Source: an uncultured Candidatus Saccharibacteria bacterium | Lineage (GTDB): Bacteria > Patescibacteriota > Minisyncoccia > UBA6257 > GWB1-50-10 | NCBI GenBank assembly: GCA_964357525.1 | Contig: CAYHLH010000002.1 | Coordinates: 5,287-69,286 of the forward strand | DNA length: 64,000 nt | Reading direction: 5' to 3' | Shown: positions 44,193-52,435 of the stretch, piece after piece | How positions within the stretch are numbered: position 1 is the stretch's first letter | Layout of the letters: each line of letters opens with the position of its first letter | Notes under the pieces: model-generated | The model's database searches: none | Told to the model about the DNA's origin: nothing | Seen by the model: only the letters and a program-made list of their open reading frames with translations | Program-made: the position numbers and the translations under genes

Positions 44193-44264
44193 TGCGGGGA
44201 GGAGTAACGGTTGCTCGTCAGGCTCATAACCTGAAGGTAGTGGGTCCAATTCCCACCCCCGCAA
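44193..44264 (+). tRNA. tRNA with CAT anticodon (Met or Ile2); 5' boundary uncertain by 1 nt
   Basis: Anticodon stem TCAGG/CCTGA with loop CTCATAA, T-arm GTGGGTCCAATTCCCAC, acceptor TGCGGGG/CCCCGCA. Confidence 0.65.
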
Positions 44265-44276
44265 CACAGAACGAAC

Positions 44277-45434
44277 ATGAAGCTTTACGAAAATCCAAAT
44301 CCGCTGAAAGTTACAATTCCCTCGGACGAGGAATTGAAGCTTAAGGTCGAACTGGAGAAGAAAAGCGACTCGGACAGCGCGCGCCTGCGCCGTTTTTTGT
44401 CTCTTCCGGATCTTTCGCGGACGCCGGGAAACCCAATCAGCGAGCTTGTGGAGCGTATTTTCCATATTGAGGAGCTTTCCAACTTCGACAGCGTGACCTC
44501 ACCGGAAATAAACCGCGCGGACGTTTCCTTTGATCTTTTCAATTTCCCGCAAGATCACCCCGCGCGGAGGGGGTCGGACACGTATTTCGTGGACGATAAA
44601 AACATTCTTCGTACGCACACGACCATAATGTGGTATTACTACCTCGGTCTTCCGGAAGTTAAGGAAAAGATGAGCCGGAGGGAGCATTTGGGGCTTCTTT
44701 CGCACGGAAAGGTGTACAGGAAGGACGAAATAGACCGATTCCACCTGAACGTGTTCCACCAGATGGACAGTCTTTATTTGGTTCCCAACGAAGAAAAAAC
44801 GCTTACGGAGGACGACTTGAAAGGCGTTTTGACGAAAATTGCGGAAGCGGTGTTCGGAAAAGACACCCAATGCCGATTCAATCTTGACCAATTCCCGTAC
44901 ACGGACCCGTCAATAGAAATGGAAGTGGAAAGGAACGGGAAATGGGTGGAGGTCCTTGGCGGAGGAATGGCGCGCCAGGTTGTCCTCAAAAACCTAGGCG
45001 TAGAGGGTTATAACGGCTGGGCGTTCGGGTTCGGCCTGGAGCGCCTCGCGGTTGTTTCCATGGAGCTTCCCGACATACGCCTTCTCCGCTCCGAAGACCC
45101 GCGCGTGAAGCGGCAGCTGGTGCTCGGAACCCCGTTCAAGGAGGTGAGCAAGTATCCGCCGGTTACACGCGACATCTCATTCGTGGTAAAGAACGACTTC
45201 GAGCCGAACGGCTATTTCGATCTCATCCGCGACATCGGCGGAGACCTTGTTGAGGAAGTCCGGCTCTTGGACAAATACGAAGATGCGAAAAAATTCGGAG
45301 AAGGAAAAATAAGTTACACGTACCGCGTTGTATACCGTTCCGGCGACAGAACGCTCACGTCGGAAGAGGTGGACGTATTACAGAAAAAACTATACGACGA
45401 GACCGCAAAACAATTTCGGGCAGAGCTGAGATAG
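44277..45434 (+). CDS. pheS: Phenylalanine--tRNA ligase alpha-type catalytic chain fused to a C-terminal FDX-ACB anticodon-binding domain (single-chain, mitochondrial-like architecture)
   Basis: Class II motifs (FPQDHPARRGSDTYF; FPYTDPSIEMEV; GWAFGFGLERLAVV). The last ~100 aa (KYPPVTRDISFVVKNDF...YRVVYRSGDRTLTSEEV) match the FDX-ACB fold normally found at the C-terminus of PheT. No pheT adjacent. Confidence 0.8.
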   Translation: MKLYENPNPLKVTIPSDEELKLKVELEKKSDSDSARLRRFLSLPDLSRTPGNPISELVERIFHIEELSNFDSVTSPEINRADVSFDLFNFPQDHPARRGSDTYFVDDKNILRTHTTIMWYYYLGLPEVKEKMSRREHLGLLSHGKVYRKDEIDRFHLNVFHQMDSLYLVPNEEKTLTEDDLKGVLTKIAEAVFGKDTQCRFNLDQFPYTDPSIEMEVERNGKWVEVLGGGMARQVVLKNLGVEGYNGWAFGFGLERLAVVSMELPDIRLLRSEDPRVKRQLVLGTPFKEVSKYPPVTRDISFVVKNDFEPNGYFDLIRDIGGDLVEEVRLLDKYEDAKKFGEGKISYTYRVVYRSGDRTLTSEEVDVLQKKLYDETAKQFRAELR

Positions 45435-45472
45435 CTTGCAATATTTCCTCGCTGACTTACCTTATTTAATGA

Positions 45473-45544
45473 GCCCCCATAGCTCAATGGATAGAGCAGC
45501 GCTCTTCTAAGGCGTTGATCTGGGTTCGACTCCTAGTGGGGGCG
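45473..45544 (+). tRNA. tRNA-Arg (TCT)
   Basis: GCCCCCATAGCTCAATGGATAGAGCAGCGCTCTTCTAAGGCGTTG...CTGGGTTCGACTCCTAGTGGGGGCG. Anticodon loop CTTCTAA. Confidence 0.8.
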
Positions 45545-45692
45545 CAAATTTTTGACGATAGTGTTTTTTTGTCTATACTGAAAAAGTTCGCCACAGTGAC
45601 GAAGTTGCCGCGGTGGCGTCCCGCCTTGGCGGGACTTCCCACGTCGGCGTTCGGGATTAATAATAACGAGGGTTCTTATCCATCCCTCACTT

Positions 45693-45764
45693 GCCGCGGT
45701 AGCTCAGTGGTGGAGCGCTGCCCTGAAGAGGCAGGCGTCGGGTGTTCGATTCACCCCCGCGGCA
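45693..45764 (+). tRNA. tRNA-Phe (GAA)
   Basis: GCCGCGGTAGCTCAGTGGTGGAGCGCTGCCCTGAAGAGGCAG...GGGTGTTCGATTCACCCCCGCGGCA. Anticodon loop CTGAAGA. Confidence 0.8.
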
Positions 45765-45780
45765 CAAAGACAAAAAATTA

Positions 45781-45810
45781 CATTCCAACATTCTGCAGAA
45801 TGTTGGAATG
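45781..45810. terminator. Perfect hairpin CATTCCAACATTC-TGCA-GAATGTTGGAATG after tRNA-Phe, convergent with the DedA-like gene
   Basis: 13-bp perfect inverted repeat read in sequence. Confidence 0.5.
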
Positions 45811-45823
45811 TCGTTGAGAATGA

Positions 45824-46486
45824 TTATTTCTCTTCTTCCTCCAGCGCGGGGAGCTCTTTAGGCGCCCACATCCGGATGATTTTCTTCACTGAATATTCTC
45901 CGATGAAGAAGAGGATGATTATTCCGACAATTATGAATTCTACGTTCTCGAATATTTTGTTTTGCTTGAGATAATGGAGTCCGGATGTAACAGCATAAGC
46001 GGAAGTTGTGACTATGGTAAACCAAAAGAGAGCTACTGGAATATAGACACGCAGGAATTTTTTGAATTCGGTCTTAGTCCACCCCATAAGCAGAATCATC
46101 AGCGTGTTCATCCCCGGAAGGAATTTCGCGAGTGTGAGTATTCTTATCGTGTGATTCCTTAGGTAATATATGTAAAGCTGGATTTTGCGGTTTCCCTTCA
46201 TCCGCCTGTATAATCGCCAGCCGAGGCGCGTTCCTCGGAGTTTTTTTCCCAAAAGATAGATGCACGTTTCGCCGACGAAAAGCCCAAAGAGAGCCGAGAT
46301 GATGAATTGCAGGAGAGTAATATGCTTGCCGACGACGAGGTAAAGCGAGAGGAGAGTCGTGATTTCCCCCTGAATGATTATTCCCAGTCCGATTATGACA
46401 CTGGTCCATTCAGGATGCTGTAAGGCAAGCGCGCCGAGGTAATCTAGAATGTTCGTCATTTTATGGGACGTTGAAAACCATTTCAT
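45824..46486 (-). CDS. DedA/SNARE-associated family membrane protein
   Basis: Polytopic membrane protein, about 220 aa, with a DedA-like G-rich loop (LFGLFVGETCIYLLGKK). Confidence 0.55.
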   Translation of the reverse strand: MKWFSTSHKMTNILDYLGALALQHPEWTSVIIGLGIIIQGEITTLLSLYLVVGKHITLLQFIISALFGLFVGETCIYLLGKKLRGTRLGWRLYRRMKGNRKIQLYIYYLRNHTIRILTLAKFLPGMNTLMILLMGWTKTEFKKFLRVYIPVALFWFTIVTTSAYAVTSGLHYLKQNKIFENVEFIIVGIIILFFIGEYSVKKIIRMWAPKELPALEEEEK

Positions 46487-46492
46487 TATATA

Positions 46493-46915
46493 ATGAAGAA
46501 ACCCATGAATCCATTTTTCAAAAAAGAAGATGTGCGCATGAAAATGTCGCGTTCGTCGGGGCCCGGCGGACAGAATGTGAACCGGCGTTCCACGAAGGTA
46601 CAGGTGCGACTTCCGATTTCAAAGATCCTTGTTACGGAAGTCCAGCGTGCGCGCATTTTGAGCCGCCTCGCGCACCGCATCAATCACAAGGGCGAGCTTG
46701 AAGCCGAGTCCGAAGAGGAACGGACGCAGGAGGCGAACCGCGAGAAAGCGCTTGCAACCCTGAATCGGTTGATTGTTTCTGCGGTGAGAATCCCAAAAAA
46801 GCGCATTCCCACGAAGATATCGAGGACGGCGGAGTCCCGGTTTCAGGAAAAGAAAAAGAAGGATGCGGAAAAAAAGCGATTGCGGAAATTCCTGCCGAAG
46901 GAGTGGCTGGAGTGA
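46493..46915 (+). CDS. arfB: Peptidyl-tRNA hydrolase ArfB (class I release factor-like ribosome rescue factor)
   Basis: GGQ motif SSGPGGQNVNRRSTKVQ and basic C-terminal tail. 140 aa. Confidence 0.75.
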   Translation: MKKPMNPFFKKEDVRMKMSRSSGPGGQNVNRRSTKVQVRLPISKILVTEVQRARILSRLAHRINHKGELEAESEEERTQEANREKALATLNRLIVSAVRIPKKRIPTKISRTAESRFQEKKKKDAEKKRLRKFLPKEWLE

Positions 46916-47057
46916 CATGTAACACGGAACACATAACATATAACACAGAACAGGTAACATGGAGTATTCCTAATTGATAATTTGATTTTTCCGTGTCATA
47001 ATTTTCACGTTTTGATGCTTGTTACATGCTCTATGTTGCATGCTTCATGACAACAAT

Positions 47058-47129
47058 GGTGCCTGTAGTTCAATGGTAGAACGCCGCCCTGTGGAGGCGG
47101 TCACGGGAGTTCAATTCTCCTCAGGCACC
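47058..47129 (+). tRNA. tRNA-His (GTG) with encoded G-1
   Basis: G-GTGCCTG...anticodon loop CTGTGGA...T-arm GGGAGTTCAATTCTCC...CAGGCAC-C. Extra 5' G pairs with C73. Confidence 0.8.
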
Positions 47130-47131
47130 CA

Positions 47132-47165
47132 GGTCAAAAATCCCGCATTCAGTGCGGGGTTTTTG
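47132..47165. terminator. Terminator hairpin CAAAAATCCCGCA-TTCAGT-GCGGGGTTTTTG
   Basis: GC stem plus T-tract after tRNA-His. Confidence 0.5.
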
Positions 47166-47175
47166 TTGGGGCTGA

Positions 47176-47991
47176 TTGGAGGTTAGAACTTTTGCTGATA
47201 AGATAAGGATAATGGCAAAGAAGAAATTCCTTTTTTGGAGGAAAACATCAGGGAATTTGGTTGAAGATAATTTCTCTGATAAACCGGAATATCACGCATT
47301 TTTTGCGCGATGCAACAAAGAGTTTGAATTTCGCATCGCCAATGACCCAGAGGCATATCTTGGAAACGGGGTCTTTAAAAATGTTTTTTCCTACAGTAAT
47401 TGGAAATTCATCCACGCAGAGGAAACCTTCAAGCCGGATGTAGTGTACCAACGGAAGAAACTTACAGAAGAATCCTTTGATAAGGGTGTTCCTATAATCA
47501 ACACACCCGAATTCAAGAAATGGAGCCCTGATAAGCTGGGTCAATATGAATTGCTCAAAGAATATATGCCGAGGACGTTCCTTATTGAAAAGGAGCAGGA
47601 TTTAGACGCGCGATTGGCGGAGATTTCCACCCCAAAAGCGGTACTCAAACCAAGAAGAGGGGAAAAAGGGGAGAATGTGGTTATTTTTGAAAAAAGCGCG
47701 GTCCCTCGGTTGAATAACGAGATTTTAGAGAAAAGAGGCTATGTGTTACAGGAATATGCAGATACCAATGTTTCGGTTCCGAATGTTGTGGAAGGCGTTC
47801 ACGACATCAAGCTGATCACCATTGGCGACAAGGTCTTTGCCAATTTGAGGACCCCTGAAATAAATAAGGATTATTGCACCTTGGTTCTCACCCCGATACC
47901 ATCTCCGTCTGCGGCTACGAGCTACGGGGCAGGCTTCCTCTACGACGGCACCCAGCATCAGTTTTTAGGAGAATCCGTAATGAAAATTTGA
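47176..47991 (+). CDS. ATP-grasp domain protein (RimK/glutathione-synthetase-like), possibly 3'-truncated at a GC-rich junction
   Basis: ATP-grasp motifs (AVLKPRRGEKGENVVIF; YVLQEYAD; DIKLITIGDKVFA). AT-rich up to about 47860, then an abrupt GC-rich tail (…PIPSPSAATSYGAGFLYDGTQHQ) that coincides with the GC-rich repeat ending in CTACGACGGCACC. Confidence 0.5.
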   Translation: MEVRTFADKIRIMAKKKFLFWRKTSGNLVEDNFSDKPEYHAFFARCNKEFEFRIANDPEAYLGNGVFKNVFSYSNWKFIHAEETFKPDVVYQRKKLTEESFDKGVPIINTPEFKKWSPDKLGQYELLKEYMPRTFLIEKEQDLDARLAEISTPKAVLKPRRGEKGENVVIFEKSAVPRLNNEILEKRGYVLQEYADTNVSVPNVVEGVHDIKLITIGDKVFANLRTPEINKDYCTLVLTPIPSPSAATSYGAGFLYDGTQHQFLGESVMKI

Positions 47992-48392
47992 AGGAAATTT
48001 CGGATATTTTTCACGATGACGTCCTTCTCTTTTGGATTGCTCTCGGCAACCATTTTTGCGAAGCGGTAGAGTTCTTTATTGTTTACTTTGAGCCACCTCC
48101 CGTTTCTGTGGAGGAAGAGCAATAATGCCATGATGGCAATACGCTTGTTTCCGTTCTGAAACGGATGATTTTTTATCATCATGTAAAACATCATTGCCGC
48201 TTTTCCAATGAGGCCTTTGTAGAGGTTTTTACGGTCAAACGTTTGAAAAGGGGAATCCAAACATGTTTCGAGCACATGAGGAAAACGAGAACTGAAATCG
48301 GGAATCGGTTCGCCCCATTCCATGATTTTTTTCGCCATCTCGTAGGCGGTGTATTCAACTTCCCTTACGGTGATTTTCTTGAGCGGCGTCAT
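47958..48392 (-). CDS. doc: Doc (death-on-curing) family toxin, Fic fold
   Basis: Fic/Doc motif HPFQNGNKR. 144 aa. AT-rich. Confidence 0.7.
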   Translation of the reverse strand: MTPLKKITVREVEYTAYEMAKKIMEWGEPIPDFSSRFPHVLETCLDSPFQTFDRKNLYKGLIGKAAMMFYMMIKNHPFQNGNKRIAIMALLLFLHRNGRWLKVNNKELYRFAKMVAESNPKEKDVIVKNIRNFLQIFITDSPKN

Positions 48393-48661
48393 TCTTTTCC
48401 GAGCAATTTGAGCGTTTCGCCGTATTCTTTTATCCCTTTCCTTACCACTTGTTCTATCTCTTTTTTCTTTTCCTCACTCAAGAGCGTTCCGAGGGCTTTC
48501 AAAAGCTCTTTTTTTTCAATGACGAAGTTCCGCCCGATTTTCACCGCACGTATTTTCCCTGTTTTTATCTTGTTGAAAATAGTGACTCTGCTCACCCCGA
48601 GAATCTCCGCTACTTGGCTTGTTGAAAGGAGTTCTTGATCCATATGCAGGCATATTAACAT
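48389..48661 (-). CDS. HTH (excisionase/MerR-like) antitoxin partner of Doc
   Basis: LLSTSQVAEILGVSRVTIFNKIKTGKIRAVKIGRNFVI helix-turn-helix. Overlaps the doc start by 4 nt, upstream in the same operon. Confidence 0.6.
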   Translation of the reverse strand: MLICLHMDQELLSTSQVAEILGVSRVTIFNKIKTGKIRAVKIGRNFVIEKKELLKALGTLLSEEKKKEIEQVVRKGIKEYGETLKLLGKE

Positions 48662-48815
48662 ATGTTAATACCCGAAATCAACTCTTAACAAAATCCCAAT
48701 GTGGCGGGCTTCCTACTTCTTCGCTTTCGGCAGATTCGACAAGCTCACTGCAGGCAAGCTCAGTATTTACAATCTACGACGGCACCTATGTAAAATATAG
48801 GAGTATAATAAATTT

Positions 48816-50009
48816 ATGAAGAAATTGGTCATTGTATTTACAGCGGGTTTCCTTATTTTTTGGTCGATTCCTATTAGATCTTTTGCGACCGCAGAATTTT
48901 CGGTTTCTACAAGCATGCTGGCACAATTGTATGAAGCATTACAGCGGGTAACTGAACAAATTTCCGAGCTGACATCTGAAAATTCCTCTATTCAACCATC
49001 AAAAAATATTTTTCCAACGAATTCGCTAACATCGCCCGACAATATAATCATTCTTTCACCGACGGCTGCCGATATATTTTGGGTCGGTCAATCAAATAAA
49101 ATCGTATGGAAAGTTCCGCAAAGGATAAGCCTTAGTAAGGTTGAAGGATGTATGAAAATACCAAATCTTCACTGTGATCTGGTCGGCTATGTGGCGGGAC
49201 ACGGAGATAAATTCATATTTTGGACGCCTGACCCTCAAGCACTTTGGTTTCCTAATTCTGAAACTTGGATAAGAATCAGCGATGGTGATAACCAAAGCGA
49301 ATATGTTGACAGCGGCCACTTTCCGGTTTTAATGCCACACGGGAATATAGACGGGTTGGTGGTAGATTTCCCTGTCGTGGGCGGGACTTGGCGGCTCGGC
49401 AACATGGAACGAATACAATGGACGCCTGAAACCGAGGGGCCGTATACACATATCGCGCTTTATAAGCTCGGCCAATACATACGAACGATATATGCTGGTA
49501 AGTCTGAGGAGAACAAATTTGCTTGGAGCGTCCCTCGTGACATACCTGCCGGAAATAATTTCCAGGTGGAAGTCATAGAATTTATAAACGGTGGAAACGG
49601 TGTATCGGGATGGAGCGGTCTGTTTTCAGTTCTTAATGACAGAGCATCGTCCTCAACGTCATCGGTTTCGGTGGCTTTAGACGCTTATAATGAAGCGGCG
49701 GCGGGCGTGGCGAGATTCGGTCGAAGAGTAATTTTCCTGAAAAATGGAAATCAGTGGAAACACGGAACTGTTCAAACGATTATATGGGACAAATCGGTTT
49801 TTTCCGGGCGGTACGTAAAAATTACTCTTGTGCCAACAGATTCGAAATATAAAGACGTGGTTGTTTCCCGTCTTGCCCATAACGACGGTGACTTTAGGGT
49901 TACGGTCAAAAAGGAGTGGGGTTTGAATACAAAATATAAAGTCAAAATTGCCTCGCCGGATGTGAATTCGGTAGTTTCCGAAAGCGACGTAATTATGATA
50001 GAGCGTTGA
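48816..50009 (+). CDS. Secreted Ser-rich protein, paralog (N-terminus) of the 42546 gene; AT-rich cassette
   Basis: Signal peptide and conserved N-terminal 50 aa shared with 42546 (see that entry). Confidence 0.55.
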   Translation: MKKLVIVFTAGFLIFWSIPIRSFATAEFSVSTSMLAQLYEALQRVTEQISELTSENSSIQPSKNIFPTNSLTSPDNIIILSPTAADIFWVGQSNKIVWKVPQRISLSKVEGCMKIPNLHCDLVGYVAGHGDKFIFWTPDPQALWFPNSETWIRISDGDNQSEYVDSGHFPVLMPHGNIDGLVVDFPVVGGTWRLGNMERIQWTPETEGPYTHIALYKLGQYIRTIYAGKSEENKFAWSVPRDIPAGNNFQVEVIEFINGGNGVSGWSGLFSVLNDRASSSTSSVSVALDAYNEAAAGVARFGRRVIFLKNGNQWKHGTVQTIIWDKSVFSGRYVKITLVPTDSKYKDVVVSRLAHNDGDFRVTVKKEWGLNTKYKVKIASPDVNSVVSESDVIMIER

Positions 50010-50061
50010 ATAATCCATTAAGCCGCACCCCTGACTGTTTGTCGGTAGGCAGGTTCTCACC

Positions 50062-50156
50062 CTCCTTCGCTCACGCTTCGGACGGGCAGGCTTCTTCTCC
50101 GCCTCCGCTTCTCCTTCGCCAAGGCTTCGGACGGGCATGCTTCCTCTCCTCCTTCG
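50062..50156. repeat. GC-rich imperfect tandem repeat, about 47 bp x2 (CTTCGGACGGGCAKGCTTCYTCTCC...)
   Basis: CCTTCGCTCACGCTTCGGACGGGCAGGCTTCTTCTCCGCCTCCG / CTTCTCCTTCGCCAAGGCTTCGGACGGGCATGCTTCCTCTCCTCCTTCG. Related shorter copies at 47883-47952 and 48711-48786. Confidence 0.55.
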
Positions 50157-50270
50157 TCCCGCCTCGGCGGGACTACGGACGGACGGGCCCGCCTTGACTC
50201 GCCGTCAGGCGAGGCGGGTACGACGGCACCCGTTTTGCGTTGCGCGAGGAGCGCATGATATACTGCTGGT

Positions 50271-50525
50271 ATGATAGACGTAACGCGTCTCATAAAGGTC
50301 AGCGCCGCGTGGGTGTCACTGGTCTACGCCGTGTGCTTTGCCGGCGTCGCGATGTTTCCTAACATCCGTCCGGGATTCATGCGGTATGGGCTCCATATGG
50401 GAATCGATTTCGGACGGAACATTTTGACGTTTGGAACTTTCCTCTCCGGCCTCATTATCTGGAATGTCATTGCGCTTCTTGGGGTCTGGCTTTTTGCCGC
50501 TTTGTGGAACTCGATAAAAAAATGA
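50271..50525 (+). CDS. Small polytopic membrane protein, paralog A (84 aa)
   Basis: MIDVTRLIKVSAAWVSLVYAVCFAGVAMFPNIRPGFM...FGTFLSGLIIWNVIALLGVWLFAALWNSIKK. About 80 percent identical to the 57188 gene product. Confidence 0.5.
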   Translation: MIDVTRLIKVSAAWVSLVYAVCFAGVAMFPNIRPGFMRYGLHMGIDFGRNILTFGTFLSGLIIWNVIALLGVWLFAALWNSIKK

Positions 50526-50905
50526 ACCGTTTCTTTGTTTTTACGCTTCTAATCGCGTTTATCGGCGCGGCGTTCATATGGGCGCTTCCCATGGTTGGGG
50601 ATCACGGCGACGGGTGCCTCGTCGCGTCGCTCTTCGGGAAGGCGATATGCTGGGGGGCGCTTTCAGAAACCGCCGCCCGCCACATCGCCGCATATTGGAC
50701 ACTCACGAACATTCCCGCGATTTCCTTCTTCGCGGCCTTTCTGTTTTTCGCTTTTGCGTTTTTTACCTTTCTTTCTTTGTACGCGAGAGGGAGACCCCGT
50801 TTGTATGTCATTTCCCGCGCACCTTTGCGGGAGCGGATACCGGTTCCGAAACAATCTTTCTATTCGTGGTTCTCGCTCCACGAGCGGAGTCCCTCTTTTG
50901 CGTAG
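50522..50905 (+). CDS. Hypothetical membrane protein (low-complexity C-terminus; could be degraded)
   Basis: ATG overlaps the previous stop (ATGA-type overlap). Three hydrophobic segments, then an Arg/Pro-rich tail. Confidence 0.3.
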   Translation: MNRFFVFTLLIAFIGAAFIWALPMVGDHGDGCLVASLFGKAICWGALSETAARHIAAYWTLTNIPAISFFAAFLFFAFAFFTFLSLYARGRPRLYVISRAPLRERIPVPKQSFYSWFSLHERSPSFA

Positions 50906-51144
50906 CGACGGCGTTTTTGCGGGGCGAGTGGTCGCTCCTCCGCATGCGCCGTTTTTCGTCCCCTTGAAGGGGATTTTTGTCGCGTAGAGAAAATGAAGGA
51001 TATGAATCCCGATGATGAATAGATTGCTCGGTGAATTTCGGGATTACATATCAAAATAAATACCATGCAAAATAAAAAGAATACAAGCAATATACAGTCG
51101 CAATCGTCCGAAAACGCACGAGTGCGTTTTCGTTCATCATCGGG

Positions 51145-51651
51145 ATGAAACATAAAAACATCATTATCGGCATCGCTGCCGCGGTCATCGTGCTCGGAGC
51201 TCTCGTGTGGATCGCGAGGCCGGACGGTAAGAGTGCAAACACGGGCGTTCCTTCCGCCCCGGTCGTACCTGGTGCGCTCGCCGCGGAAGTGACAGACTTC
51301 GATTTCGGCACGATATCCATGGCGAAAGGGACCGTGAGCCGGACCTTTACGGTCAAAAACACCGGCGCGGGACCGGTCATCATAGGAAAAATGTACACGT
51401 CATGCATGTGCACGACGGCGTCCCTAACGCTCCGCGGGGAGCGGTTCGGCCCCTACGGCATGCCCGGCCACGGATTCGTCCCGACCATCAACAGGGAGAT
51501 CGGCGCGGGCGAGGAAGCCGCGGTGGAGATCGTCTTTGACCCGGCCGCGCACGGCCCCGCGGGCGTCGGGAGAATAGAGCGCGTCGTCATCATCGAGAAC
51601 GACGGCGGGGCGCCGCTCCAAGTCGGGTTCACGGCGAATGTAACTCCTTAA
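51145..51651 (+). CDS. DUF1573 domain protein, membrane-anchored
   Basis: DFDFGTISMAKGTVSRTFTVKNTGAGPVIIGK matches the DUF1573 signature (DFG.I..G......F...N.G..PL.I). Confidence 0.6.
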   Translation: MKHKNIIIGIAAAVIVLGALVWIARPDGKSANTGVPSAPVVPGALAAEVTDFDFGTISMAKGTVSRTFTVKNTGAGPVIIGKMYTSCMCTTASLTLRGERFGPYGMPGHGFVPTINREIGAGEEAAVEIVFDPAAHGPAGVGRIERVVIIENDGGAPLQVGFTANVTP

Positions 51652-52433
51652 TGAGCAGGAAATTAATCATCCTTATCGTCATCGCGGCCGTTGTCCTCGG
51701 TTCGGTGGTCCTTTTCGGTTCTGACGGGGCGGGAACGGCGGCGCTGTGGCGCATAAGCCGGGAGGGCACGTGGCTGCTCCCGCTTGTCGGCGTCGCCGCC
51801 CTCGTCGATTCCGTGAATCCGTGCGCGTTCTCCATCCTTCTCCTCACCATCGCATTCCTCCTCTCCATCGGCGCCGTTCGCGGAAGGATGCTCGCGATCG
51901 GCGCCTCCTACATCGCGGGACTTTTCTTCGTGTATCTTTTGATCGGCCTCGGGCTTCTGCAGGTGCTCCATCTCTTCGATACGCCGCATTTCATGGCGAA
52001 GGTGGGGGCGGCGCTTCTCATCGCGTTGGGCGCCCTGAATCTTGTGAATGCACTTTTCCCCAAGTTTCCGGTGAAATTCCGCATTCCTCACGGGGCGCAC
52101 AAAAAGCTCGCCTCGCTCATGGAAAAAGCGTCATTGCCGACGGCGTTCCTCCTCGGAGGGCTCGTAGGCCTCTGTGAGTTTCCGTGCACTGGGGGCCCGT
52201 ATCTCATGGTGGTGGGGCTCCTCCACGATTCCGCCTCGTACCTCACGGGGGTGGGATACCTCTTCCTCTACAACCTCATCTTTGTTTTGCCGCTCGTCGT
52301 CATGCTCCTCCTCGGGAGCGACGAGAAGCTTCTGGGAAAGGTGCAGGCGTGGAAGACGAAGGAAGCGAAGTCCATGCGTCTTTGGAGCGGGGTCGCGATG
52401 GTCGCGCTGGGAATCATCATTTTCTTCTTGTAA
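51651..52433 (+). CDS. ccdA: Cytochrome c biogenesis / thiol-disulfide transmembrane electron-transfer protein CcdA (DsbD-beta family)
   Basis: Conserved Cys in two TM-embedded motifs: DSVNPCAF and CEFPCTGGPY. Six TM helices. Confidence 0.75.
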   Translation: MSRKLIILIVIAAVVLGSVVLFGSDGAGTAALWRISREGTWLLPLVGVAALVDSVNPCAFSILLLTIAFLLSIGAVRGRMLAIGASYIAGLFFVYLLIGLGLLQVLHLFDTPHFMAKVGAALLIALGALNLVNALFPKFPVKFRIPHGAHKKLASLMEKASLPTAFLLGGLVGLCEFPCTGGPYLMVVGLLHDSASYLTGVGYLFLYNLIFVLPLVVMLLLGSDEKLLGKVQAWKTKEAKSMRLWSGVAMVALGIIIFFL

Positions 52434-52435
52434 AA

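Noticed and set aside
47883-50236. Classical integron (attC sites) explanation for the cassette array
   Set aside because: The junction repeats lack the R'' / R' GTTRRRY core and the imperfect-palindrome attC architecture, and no intI is in the window. Kept only as an analogy.
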